Shown here: positions 32,399 through 40,940 of the stretch, piece after piece | How the letters are laid out: the number at the start of each line of letters is the position of its first letter | Numbering within the stretch: position 1 is the stretch's first letter | IMG/VR virus record: IMGVR_UViG_3300027554_000001 | Direction: 5' to 3' (one strand) | Length of the DNA: 61,010 nt | From: a virus | Notes under the pieces: model-generated | Database searches by the model: none | Seen by the model: the letters and a program-made list of their open reading frames with translations, nothing else | Told to the model about the DNA's origin: nothing | Made by a program: the position numbers and the translations under genes

Positions 32399-32826
32399 TC
32401 CGACGAGCCACCCTTGCAGACTCGGCAAGCCTGCGCCGCATCGTCGCGCGCGCATGGGAGGAGGTGTACCCGAGCCTGCCCGTGGACGAGATGCGACTGA
32501 TCAAGACCACGCAGCGCTGGCTCGGGCACCAGCAGTGCGAGTGTTTCGTGTCGGTGATCGACGACAAGATCCGGGGCGTGCTGGCGTGCTCGGTGTCGCC
32601 GCTGGACATCCACGCAGGGCTTGTCGCCTCCGATCATTGCTTCTGGTGCGACTCGGGCGAAGGTATGGCGTTGATCCGTGCCTACAGTGGGTGGGCAAGG
32701 TCGAAAGGCGCGGTGCTGATCGGCATGGACGTGCAGTCCGGGTCGGCACGGGCTGCAAGGTTGATCGAGCGTGCCGGATTCAGGAAAACAGGCGGGATGT
32801 ACATGCTGGAAGCAAGCGATGAGTGA
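32395..32826 (+). CDS. GNAT-family N-acetyltransferase
   Basis: GTG overlapping the upstream stop. 'IRRATLADSASLRRIV...', 'GEGMALIRAYSGWARSKGA', 'RLIERAGFRKTG' fit GNAT motifs A/B. Confidence 0.7.
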   Translation: MIRRATLADSASLRRIVARAWEEVYPSLPVDEMRLIKTTQRWLGHQQCECFVSVIDDKIRGVLACSVSPLDIHAGLVASDHCFWCDSGEGMALIRAYSGWARSKGAVLIGMDVQSGSARAARLIERAGFRKTGGMYMLEASDE

Positions 32827-33484
32827 CGCGAAGAAGACCTTCAAGAAGGTGGTGAAAGCGGTTGTGATCGTCGCAGCCGTTGCAGCCGTTGTCTACGTCG
32901 GATGGGCGCTGCTGGCATCGGGCGCCGCAGCCGGGGCCGGCACGGGCGCTGTCGCCACCTCGGCTGCATCCGCCAGCGCATCGGGGAGCATGACCGCTGC
33001 AGCGGCGGGGGCTGCGAATTCGGCAGCGGCGGCGGGGGCCGCGACTGCGGGCTCTGCCACCACGCTCGGCAGCGCAGCCGCCACGGCTGGAAAAGCGATC
33101 GTGACCGGAGCCAAGGCGGTCGGCGGGGCCTTCGCGAATGCGGCGCCCCTGACGCAAGCTGCGATCCTCAACACCGGCACACAGATGGCGGCAGGCGCCA
33201 TGCAGCCATCGGCCGAGGATATCGCGCGAGAGCAGGTCAAGGCACAGGCCGAGGCGGACCGCAAAGCCTACGAGCTGCGAGACAGCGGATTCGAGGGCGA
33301 GATCGGCCCGCGCGCACCGCAGCCGCAGCGCATGGCCGCGCAGACGATCGCCGCGCCGACCATCGAGGCACCGCAGGCGCAGCGCATGACCGGCTACCTG
33401 CCGGGCGCGTCCGCCACCGCGTACGGCACGTTCCGGCGCGCACAGGCGCAGCCGATCGGGCCGCGACAGGGATACCTAAACTGA
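32819..33484 (+). CDS. Ala/Gly-rich membrane-anchored internal virion protein (putative)
   Basis: 'VVKAVVIVAAVAAVVYVGWALLA' TM, then an Ala/Gly/Ser-rich low-complexity region. Track start 32771 trimmed. Confidence 0.55.
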   Translation: MSDAKKTFKKVVKAVVIVAAVAAVVYVGWALLASGAAAGAGTGAVATSAASASASGSMTAAAAGAANSAAAAGAATAGSATTLGSAAATAGKAIVTGAKAVGGAFANAAPLTQAAILNTGTQMAAGAMQPSAEDIAREQVKAQAEADRKAYELRDSGFEGEIGPRAPQPQRMAAQTIAAPTIEAPQAQRMTGYLPGASATAYGTFRRAQAQPIGPRQGYLN

Positions 33485-34338
33485 TGGAGCTGTCACGTAC
33501 AGGGGGCGGGCTGATTCACTCGGGCCGATCAAAGCCGGATAGCGATCTGCCGATGGCGCGCTCGATCAAGCCGATGCGCGCACCGACACCGGCGCAGGGC
33601 GCGAGCACCGGGCAGGCACCGCAATCGGCGCCGCAGGGTGCGCAGCCGCCCATGCCGCAGCAGGCACCGCCACAGCCCGCACAGGCGCCCATGCCCGCAC
33701 AAGGGATGCTCGGCCCGGCCGGCGGGCAGCCTATGCCGCAGGGCGGGGCAGGCGCCATGCCGGGCGAGGACATGGGGGCGCCGGGGGGGGTGAATGATGT
33801 CGCATCCAACGCACTTCGCATCCTGCACGACGACAACGCCAGTCAGCGTTTCGACGACATGATCTCGCAAGGCCCCGTCGTCGCGGGGCAGGTCGCCGAG
33901 ATCATCTACTCGCAGGTCATGCAGCTGCATAGCCAGAATGGCAGCCCGGTCAACGAGGACAATGCCGCGCAGGCGATCGACGAGATAACGCAGGACATCG
34001 CCGACATCGGCCTGTCGATGGGGTCATTCCCGGCCGAGCCGCTTGTGGGTGGCGTGCCGGCGAGCGTTTACGAATTCCAGATGGAGGCATTCCGGCGCAT
34101 CGGCGAGATGGACCCGAATATCAAAGCGGCGATCGAGCAGATGTCGACCGAGGCCACGCCCGAGCAGCACGAGCAAGGCAAGTCGGTCGTGGACTACATG
34201 CAGCAACGATACGCCGACCCGGAAGCCGGGCAGGCCCCACAGGGCGCACCGCAGGGCCAGGGGATGATCGGCCCGGCTGGCGGTCAGCCGATGCCGCAGG
34301 GACAACCGCCGCAAGGCGTACAGGGGATGCTCGGCTAG
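33484..34338 (+). CDS. Pro/Gln-rich internal virion protein (putative)
   Basis: TGATG coupling. Track ORF 32902..34338 trimmed (its 5' part overlaps the previous gene in another frame). 'GPAGGQPMPQG' occurs near both termini. Confidence 0.55.
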   Translation: MELSRTGGGLIHSGRSKPDSDLPMARSIKPMRAPTPAQGASTGQAPQSAPQGAQPPMPQQAPPQPAQAPMPAQGMLGPAGGQPMPQGGAGAMPGEDMGAPGGVNDVASNALRILHDDNASQRFDDMISQGPVVAGQVAEIIYSQVMQLHSQNGSPVNEDNAAQAIDEITQDIADIGLSMGSFPAEPLVGGVPASVYEFQMEAFRRIGEMDPNIKAAIEQMSTEATPEQHEQGKSVVDYMQQRYADPEAGQAPQGAPQGQGMIGPAGGQPMPQGQPPQGVQGMLG

Positions 34339-36465
34339 ATGCCATTTTTCACACATGTAGGGCCGCCGCCGCCCGACATTCCGGGGCTGTTGCCCACCTT
34401 TGATTCCGATTTCTCAAGGGGCGAAAGCGTGCTCACTGAGGGCCAGTGGCCACTGAGAGGGTACCCATGGCTGTACAACGCCAAGGGCGGCACGTCGCCA
34501 AATCCGGGCACGGTCCCGACCGAGCTGCGCGACGATAATGGTGGATGGTCAGCTGTAGCGCAGATCCCGATCGGCATCGGCGCACAGACCGTCATCAACA
34601 GTGAGGGCCAATACTACTGCCGCGACTACGAGCTGACTGAGTTCGGCGAGCCGCCGCTGACCCGCGTTGTGGACGGCGTGCTACAGGTAGAGGCGCGTCG
34701 CACGCCCGACTCGATGCTGGATCGCGCCCGGTGTGATTTTGGTTTCAACTTCCGATCGCAGAATGTCGACGAGGCCGCTCGCACGTTCCAGGTGAAAGGA
34801 GAGCGCTACAAGCCGAAAGTGCCGTCATCCAACGGGCATTACCTCTGGGACCGCGAGCACGTCGGCGTCGAGCGCTACCTGCGCGATGAGCTGATCGGCG
34901 ACACCGAGCTATTCCAGGAGACGAAATACAGGCAGTACCCCTACACGTGGGTCCGGCTTCATTCGGATGTCGGCGGCATCTATCGGTACGTGAGGATTGA
35001 CCAGATTATTGACCCGTCTGGCGACAACGACCCGATCGCGGCGTATGACGCAAGCGGATGGATCGACCCCGTCGCGATGCACACGCTGCGCATCATGGAC
35101 GGCGAGTTGACGCCTGCTGAGTGGGAATTCTTCCGACAGGGTGCGACGATCAAGATGGTCCGCCACCTGCCGTGGATCTCGCAGATGCTCGACACCGGAG
35201 GCGGCTTCTCGCAGCGCTTCGGCATGTGGGAGTTCGACATGCAGCTCCCCGATCACCGCGACAATTTCGTGGCCCTGTGGGGCTGGGCAAACGCGCGCGA
35301 GATGTTCAACGTGCCGGGGTTCCCGACGCACAATTTCGCGCAGCGCTGGGGCAACGCCACCGAGGTCGACTACACGGAATGGCCGGGCGGCGGTGCGGTG
35401 TACAACAAGCACCACAACATGCATGCCGCAAGGCTTACCGAGAATCGAGACGGCGAGTTCGATGTCTTCGATGCGGTGCTGCCGAAAGATGCCAACGGCA
35501 ATTACACGATGGAGGACTACGCCGCCTTCAACGGGCTGGACCCGGTCGTGGCACACCCGGAATGGGCGCGCTCGGTGCAGCACGGCACGCAGATCGCGGT
35601 GCCGATCGGCGGCGAGGGGTACGTCGACTACGGCCAACGGCACACGCTGCGCGTGTACCACCACGGCCCGAATGCGGCCGACTACGGCAAGATCCCGAAT
35701 ACCGTCGAGTGGTACACGAAACAGGGTGCCGCCGATGGGCCGGGCGAATTCCGGCGCGTGGCAGGCTGTCACGCGCCGCCGTGGTGGGCGGACGATCCGG
35801 GTGCGCCGAAGCGGCTTTTCGTCAACATGGCCGTGCTCGGCGACTTCGTGACCAACAGCCGGCATTCGTACACCAAGGGCCAAGGCTCGACATTGACTGG
35901 CGACAGCATGATGCTGCAGCTCTGGAGCGCCAAGTGCTACCAGATGCCGGGCCTCGAGGCGGGCGGTGGCGGCTTCCCGGACGAGACCGGCTATCACTCG
36001 CGCGGCATGCTGCCGACACCGAATGATCCGACCGGCAACAGCGGGTCCGGTATCGTGCCGGGCGGAGGCACCACCACGCCTGTCGATCCCAACCCCGATC
36101 CCGATCCTGACCCGACCGTCACGCCACCATCCACGCCGGCCGTCAGCGGTCTCAAGGTCTCTCTGAGGCGCGACAAGTCGACCCGCCTGGACGCCGACGA
36201 GGCCGACGAGTCCCTGATCCACCTGTCCGGCTGGCAGACGATCACGGTCAACACGCAGCTCAACACGGGCGGGCGCTACATCGTGTCCGGCAACGTGCGC
36301 GTCGTGCTGCCGACCGATGGCAACTGCTTCGACCTGCTGGTGGTATCAGGCGCCGCGACGATCGAGGGCACCGTGGACGGCATCGTCGATCCGGTCGTGA
36401 ATGCAGGCTCGGCACGCTCGCACGTGCTGGTCGGTACCGAATGGCGCACGGTCTCCTGGAACTGA
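34339..36465 (+). CDS. Virion protein with GH16/ConA-like glycoside-hydrolase domain
   Basis: 'FGMWEFDMQLPDHRDNFVALWGWANA...WGNATEVDYTEWPGGG' resembles the GH16 'yG..E.r.klp...WpAfW....GEiDi.E' core (E-x-D-x-x-E at 35362..35379). A Pro/Asp linker precedes the C-terminal beta domain. Confidence 0.6.
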   Translation: MPFFTHVGPPPPDIPGLLPTFDSDFSRGESVLTEGQWPLRGYPWLYNAKGGTSPNPGTVPTELRDDNGGWSAVAQIPIGIGAQTVINSEGQYYCRDYELTEFGEPPLTRVVDGVLQVEARRTPDSMLDRARCDFGFNFRSQNVDEAARTFQVKGERYKPKVPSSNGHYLWDREHVGVERYLRDELIGDTELFQETKYRQYPYTWVRLHSDVGGIYRYVRIDQIIDPSGDNDPIAAYDASGWIDPVAMHTLRIMDGELTPAEWEFFRQGATIKMVRHLPWISQMLDTGGGFSQRFGMWEFDMQLPDHRDNFVALWGWANAREMFNVPGFPTHNFAQRWGNATEVDYTEWPGGGAVYNKHHNMHAARLTENRDGEFDVFDAVLPKDANGNYTMEDYAAFNGLDPVVAHPEWARSVQHGTQIAVPIGGEGYVDYGQRHTLRVYHHGPNAADYGKIPNTVEWYTKQGAADGPGEFRRVAGCHAPPWWADDPGAPKRLFVNMAVLGDFVTNSRHSYTKGQGSTLTGDSMMLQLWSAKCYQMPGLEAGGGGFPDETGYHSRGMLPTPNDPTGNSGSGIVPGGGTTTPVDPNPDPDPDPTVTPPSTPAVSGLKVSLRRDKSTRLDADEADESLIHLSGWQTITVNTQLNTGGRYIVSGNVRVVLPTDGNCFDLLVVSGAATIEGTVDGIVDPVVNAGSARSHVLVGTEWRTVSWN

Positions 36466-36466
36466 C

Positions 36467-37255
36467 ATGGGCACGCTCGCGGTCGGCGATGGATTCGTCT
36501 ACACGATCGAGGGCGGTCGCGTCATCCGGCGCGCACAGGCTACGCTCGACACGCTCGACCCGATAGCACCGCCGCCCGAGCTTCCGGTCGGTGTCGGGTC
36601 CAGTGACGAGCGGCTGTATGTCTACGGCGCGCAAGGGCTGTACTCGCGCTCGCGCCTGTCGCCCGCCTGGGAGCGCATCATCGCCCCGCCCGGCATCACA
36701 TCGGTGTCGATCGCGGGCGATGAGATCAGCATCACCGCGCGTGGCGTGATCTACAGCCGCAATCTGGTCGAGCCCGCCTTCACGCAACTTCCCGGTGATA
36801 GCGCGCTTTCGGGTGTCGTACAGGTCGATCATGACACCGAGAATGTCTATGCACGCCTGGGCGACGGGTCGCTGTACGTGCGCCCGATCGAGCGACTGGC
36901 CGCGTGGGTGCAGATCGCGCCGAAGTCGAGCATCGTGCAGATCGCGATCAGCGCGGAGTACGTGTACGCGCTTCTCACGGACGGCTCCACGCGCCGCACG
37001 ATGGTCGACAGGCGCAGTGGCTGGGAGGTGTATTCGTACATGGCCTCGGCGCTCGGGATCGCATCCAGCGTGGCCCTGCCGAGCCGTTTGTGGATTCACG
37101 AGACGGGCGCCAATCCACGACCGATCAGGCCGCCGACCGAGCCGATCGATCCGGGCGAGCTGCCGCCGATCGTGATGCCGCCTGTCGGCCCTCCTACAGT
37201 GGACGCATGGGTCGTCACCGACTGGGCGAACGACTGGGCAACCGAGAGCGCATAG
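36467..37255 (+). CDS. Hypothetical virion protein (262 aa)
   Basis: ATG 1 nt after the upstream stop; repetitive beta-strand pattern ('VYGAQGLYSR', 'VIYSRNL', 'VYARLGDGSLYVR', 'VYALLTDGS'). Confidence 0.55.
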   Translation: MGTLAVGDGFVYTIEGGRVIRRAQATLDTLDPIAPPPELPVGVGSSDERLYVYGAQGLYSRSRLSPAWERIIAPPGITSVSIAGDEISITARGVIYSRNLVEPAFTQLPGDSALSGVVQVDHDTENVYARLGDGSLYVRPIERLAAWVQIAPKSSIVQIAISAEYVYALLTDGSTRRTMVDRRSGWEVYSYMASALGIASSVALPSRLWIHETGANPRPIRPPTEPIDPGELPPIVMPPVGPPTVDAWVVTDWANDWATESA

Positions 37256-38230
37256 ATGGGCATCAACTGGGCAGGAGCGGCCGCTGGTGCTGCCGCTGGC
37301 GTGAATCAGTACACGCAGGCGATCATCGAGGACAGCGTCTCGGCAAGGCGCGAGAAGCGCATGGCGCAGTATCGGTCCGAGGAGCAGGGCGTACAGTTTG
37401 CCCAGCAGGACGCGGTGCAGGCGCGTGGATTCGAGCACGATGCCGCGATACGTGAAGCGGACGCTGAGCGGCAGACGCTGGGGGCGCAGGCGAAGATCGA
37501 GCGTGAGGATGCGCTACTGGCCGACGAGCGGCGCTATACGGAGGGCCAGAAAGAAGTCGACCACCGGCGCAAGATAGACGGCGAGCTGGTTCTGGAGAAC
37601 TTCAAGGCTCAGAACAACCCGCAAGGCGTCAACATCGTCAACAACATGGGCGGCTCCAACGAGTTTACGGACAAGTTGGACGCAGCTGATGGCGAGGAAT
37701 TCGTAAGGATGCGCAATGCCGCAGTGTCCGCAGGCCGGGCCGAAGCCACGCTCGACGTGCTGGAGCAGATCGGCGCGTCCACCGATACCGGCAAGGTCCC
37801 CGCGTTGCTGGCGAAAGCGGGCGAGTACCTTGGCACCGAGGCCGGCGCGTCGATGCAAGCGTATCAGGCGGCCGTTGTCCCTATGATCCTTGAGCAAACG
37901 TCTAAACTGGAGGGCGTCATATCCGACAAAGACATGTCGGTAATCGAGTCCAGCATGCCCAGTTTTTCCACCGACCCGCGCGCCAACAAGATTATTCTCG
38001 GAATCCTCCGGCGGGGTATGAATGACGCCAAGCTGATGTACAACGAGGCTAATGAGCACCTGAAGAGCATTCCCGAAGGCGAGCACTTCGGTCTGCGCAA
38101 CTGGACGCCGAGTCTGTCAAGGATGACCACGCCGACAGCAGAGGCACAGAGCAGCTTGGATGCCGCCGCAAACCCCGCCGCCGTGTTGAGCGACTTCGAG
38201 AAGTGGGAGGCATCGCGTGGCGGGAATTGA
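37256..38230 (+). CDS. Internal virion/ejection protein (putative)
   Basis: 324 aa, helical, charged; positional inference. GCTCCTACAGTGG-like copy 65 nt upstream (37191..37202). Confidence 0.5.
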   Translation: MGINWAGAAAGAAAGVNQYTQAIIEDSVSARREKRMAQYRSEEQGVQFAQQDAVQARGFEHDAAIREADAERQTLGAQAKIEREDALLADERRYTEGQKEVDHRRKIDGELVLENFKAQNNPQGVNIVNNMGGSNEFTDKLDAADGEEFVRMRNAAVSAGRAEATLDVLEQIGASTDTGKVPALLAKAGEYLGTEAGASMQAYQAAVVPMILEQTSKLEGVISDKDMSVIESSMPSFSTDPRANKIILGILRRGMNDAKLMYNEANEHLKSIPEGEHFGLRNWTPSLSRMTTPTAEAQSSLDAAANPAAVLSDFEKWEASRGGN

Positions 38231-40412
38231 GCTTTTCCTGGAGCAGAACCCGGAGCTTCGCGGCAAGGATAGGCAGGCCGTTGCCGACTACGTGTACGAA
38301 ACGCAGATCCAGAAGTCCGGCAAGGATCGCGACACGTTCAACGAATACTTCCTGGGCGCCCCTGCCGCGCCCGCCGAAAAGCCCGGTTTCGTCTCGCGCA
38401 TGATGCCCGACTTCATCGAGAAGCCCGCGCGCGCGCTGGGCGGCATGATCGCGGGCGATGCCGAGTACCCCGACATGCCGGACGCCGCCGAAGCCGGGCT
38501 CAACAAGTCGCTGTCCGGGCTTGCGTCGGCAGCCTTCGGTGACGATAAGGACTGGATGAAGACCCTGCTGGAGAATCACCCGGATCTCTCAGCCGGCGAG
38601 GACGCCAACGGCAACGCGATGCTGATGCGCGACGGCAAGCCCGTGGCGTATGTCAACCGCCCCGGCCTGGACACCGCCGATGTCGCACGCTTCACCGCCA
38701 AGGCCGGCGCATTCATCCCGGCAGGCCGTGCCGCTCAGGCCGTGGGTCGCTTCGGCATGGCGGCACGGGCGAGCATGGGGGCCGCCGCATCGGGTGCCAC
38801 GGATGCCGGCATGCAGATGGCCGCAGGGCGCGACGAGATCGACGCACAGCAGGTGATCCTGACCGGTGCCCTGGGGGCAGGCTCCGAGGCCGTGGCGCCC
38901 GTGCTGGGGCGTGCGGTCGGGGCCGTGGCGAAGAAGTTCGGCGTGGACAAGTGGTCGCGCATGACGCAGGCCGAGCGATACGCCGAGATGGCCCGCCAGC
39001 TCGATGCGGACGAGCTGCCGATGGGCGACCTGACGGGCATGACTCGTGAGCAGGCCATCGAGTTCGCCACCAAGCGAGTGCACCGGGCCGATGTCGAGAC
39101 GCCGGGCGCTGCGATGGCGCGCGATGAATTCGGCTTCGAGGTGTCGCGCGGCCGGGCGATGCCTGCGCGCAACGTGGACGAGATCAAGGCGCAGGAAACC
39201 CAGCTCAACCGCGAGGAGGCGCTACGATCCCTGCCCGATGGCGAGGGCGCGCGCATCCTGCAGTCCGAGCGCAACAACGCCGACAACATCGAGCGGTTGG
39301 TGGATGACTTCGGCGCAGGCTTCTCGGGAGGGCGGGCGCAGGGAGCAACCCGCAACCAGTCCGCCCAGGTGGCGCACGAGGGCCTGTTGCGCGCTCGTGC
39401 GGCCTCTCAGCGCGAAGTGGACGATGCGTACAGGGTGGCCGAGTCGTTCGACGGCGAGTTTGCCGACGAGGTGATGCTGGAACTGCCGAATCGGGTCAAG
39501 GGCGCGCTTGAGCGGGCAGGGGTGCTGACGGATGATCTCAACAGCCCGGTTCAATCCCTGACCCCAGCAGCGTTGCGCGTGATCAAGGAGCTGGACGCTA
39601 ACCCGCGCACAACGATCAGCCAGGTGGAAAACACACGCCGGAAGATCAACAACCTGCTCGACGACACGAAGCGCAATCCGACCGACCACCGGGCGATGAC
39701 GATCGTCAAGCAGGAGTTCGACAAGTCGATCAGCGAGGCGATCGATGCGAATCTGTTCCGAGGCGATCCCAGTGCAATGGAGGCTCTGAAGAAGGCGCGG
39801 GGGATCTACGCCCAGCACGCGCGAAAGTTCAACACCGACGACGGGGCGGGCAAGATCATCAAACAGATGCTCGACGAGGACGCCGAGCCGCACGAGATCG
39901 CACGCTTCGTCTTCGGGTCCACCGGGCTGTCGAAGAATGGCGCGGGGCGTGTCGTCAAGCAATACGCGGAAGCGGTGGGCGGCAAGAATACGCAGGAGTT
40001 CAACGCGCTGCGTGAGACCTACCTGTATTCGATCGCCCGGCGCAAGAATACGGACGCCAAGGGCATGCAGGCGATGGTGTCGGACCTGAAGGCGGCACTT
40101 GGCGACGGCGGCGAGGCGGTCACGCGCGAGCTGTACACGCCGGCCGAGATCGGCAAGCTCAAGCGATTCGTGACGGCGATGGATGCGATCATGCTCAAGG
40201 GCGATCGGGCGAGATCATCCGGCACCGCCGAGCGGCTGGCGAGAATGGCATCGACCGGGTACGGCAGCGTGCCGGGCGTAGCGAAGCTGATCGAGATCGC
40301 GCAGGGCATCGAGAATGGCCGCCTGATCGGGCAGTCGTTGCGAGCATCGCCCACACCTGCCGGCGCGCTCTCCCCGCTCCCCGTCGTGGCAGGCGGCTAC
40401 GCGGCTCAGTAA
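38217..40412 (+). CDS. Large internal virion/ejection protein (putative)
   Basis: GTG 6 nt after GGGAGG; 731 aa; Ala/Gly-rich hydrophobic stretch; no lysozyme or transglycosylase motif recognised. Confidence 0.55.
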   Translation: MAGIELFLEQNPELRGKDRQAVADYVYETQIQKSGKDRDTFNEYFLGAPAAPAEKPGFVSRMMPDFIEKPARALGGMIAGDAEYPDMPDAAEAGLNKSLSGLASAAFGDDKDWMKTLLENHPDLSAGEDANGNAMLMRDGKPVAYVNRPGLDTADVARFTAKAGAFIPAGRAAQAVGRFGMAARASMGAAASGATDAGMQMAAGRDEIDAQQVILTGALGAGSEAVAPVLGRAVGAVAKKFGVDKWSRMTQAERYAEMARQLDADELPMGDLTGMTREQAIEFATKRVHRADVETPGAAMARDEFGFEVSRGRAMPARNVDEIKAQETQLNREEALRSLPDGEGARILQSERNNADNIERLVDDFGAGFSGGRAQGATRNQSAQVAHEGLLRARAASQREVDDAYRVAESFDGEFADEVMLELPNRVKGALERAGVLTDDLNSPVQSLTPAALRVIKELDANPRTTISQVENTRRKINNLLDDTKRNPTDHRAMTIVKQEFDKSISEAIDANLFRGDPSAMEALKKARGIYAQHARKFNTDDGAGKIIKQMLDEDAEPHEIARFVFGSTGLSKNGAGRVVKQYAEAVGGKNTQEFNALRETYLYSIARRKNTDAKGMQAMVSDLKAALGDGGEAVTRELYTPAEIGKLKRFVTAMDAIMLKGDRARSSGTAERLARMASTGYGSVPGVAKLIEIAQGIENGRLIGQSLRASPTPAGALSPLPVVAGGYAAQ

Positions 40413-40561
40413 TCCCACCCATCCGGCGCAAACAGCCACCCCAGCACCAGGCACACCACCAGCCACACCATCACACCCGGCAGCCCCCATAGCGCATTGA
40501 CCGCCAGCCCCGACCCGCCAGCAACCGCATAGCAGCACATCATCAGTATCGCTCGACCCAT
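40406..40561 (-). CDS. Small two-TM membrane protein (51 aa), only antisense gene in the late block
   Basis: 'MGRAILMMCCYAVAGGSGLAVNALWGLPGVMVWLVVCLVLGWLFAPDGWDY'. High GC3 by hand. Fills an otherwise 225-bp gap; its 3' end overlaps the stop of 38217..40412 by 7 nt. Confidence 0.45.
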   Translation of the reverse strand: MGRAILMMCCYAVAGGSGLAVNALWGLPGVMVWLVVCLVLGWLFAPDGWDY

Positions 40562-40637
40562 GCCCCGATCATAGCCCGCCCTACACTGATCAGACACGCC
40601 GTGAGGCGTCACCATTCCCCTAGACAGGAGCCAGACA

Positions 40638-40940
40638 ATGCCCGAGCGCTACAGCACGTCCCGATACTTCGGCAAGATCCTGCCGTCCATCTCCGTCTCC
40701 GAGCCCGTCACCGAGGGCGTGCTGCCGGCCACCGCGCTGGCCGAGGTGCAGCAGTCGCTGGCGGACTATCGCGAGCGCACCGATGATCGCGTGTCGACCT
40801 ACTCGATCGCCCTGGAAGAAGGCGACACGCGCATCCGCATCACGCGCACTGATAATGGCGACAACGACCCGACCACCGCCACGTCCGAAGCCACAGACCC
40901 GCATAGCGATAGCTGGGAAGCGCAGGCACTGTCCGCGTGA
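40638..40940 (+). CDS. Hypothetical protein (100 aa), coupled to tailspike
   Basis: AGGAG 7 nt upstream; TACACT -10-like hexamer in 'CCCGCCCTACACTGAT' about 60 nt upstream. Confidence 0.55.
   Translation: MPERYSTSRYFGKILPSISVSEPVTEGVLPATALAEVQQSLADYRERTDDRVSTYSIALEEGDTRIRITRTDNGDNDPTTATSEATDPHSDSWEAQALSA

Noticed and set aside
32902-33483. 5' part of the 478-aa track ORF 32902..34338
   Set aside because: It overlaps gene 32819..33484 in another frame, with an Arg/Gly-rich translation. The TGATG-coupled ATG 33484 gives a sensible 284-aa product.
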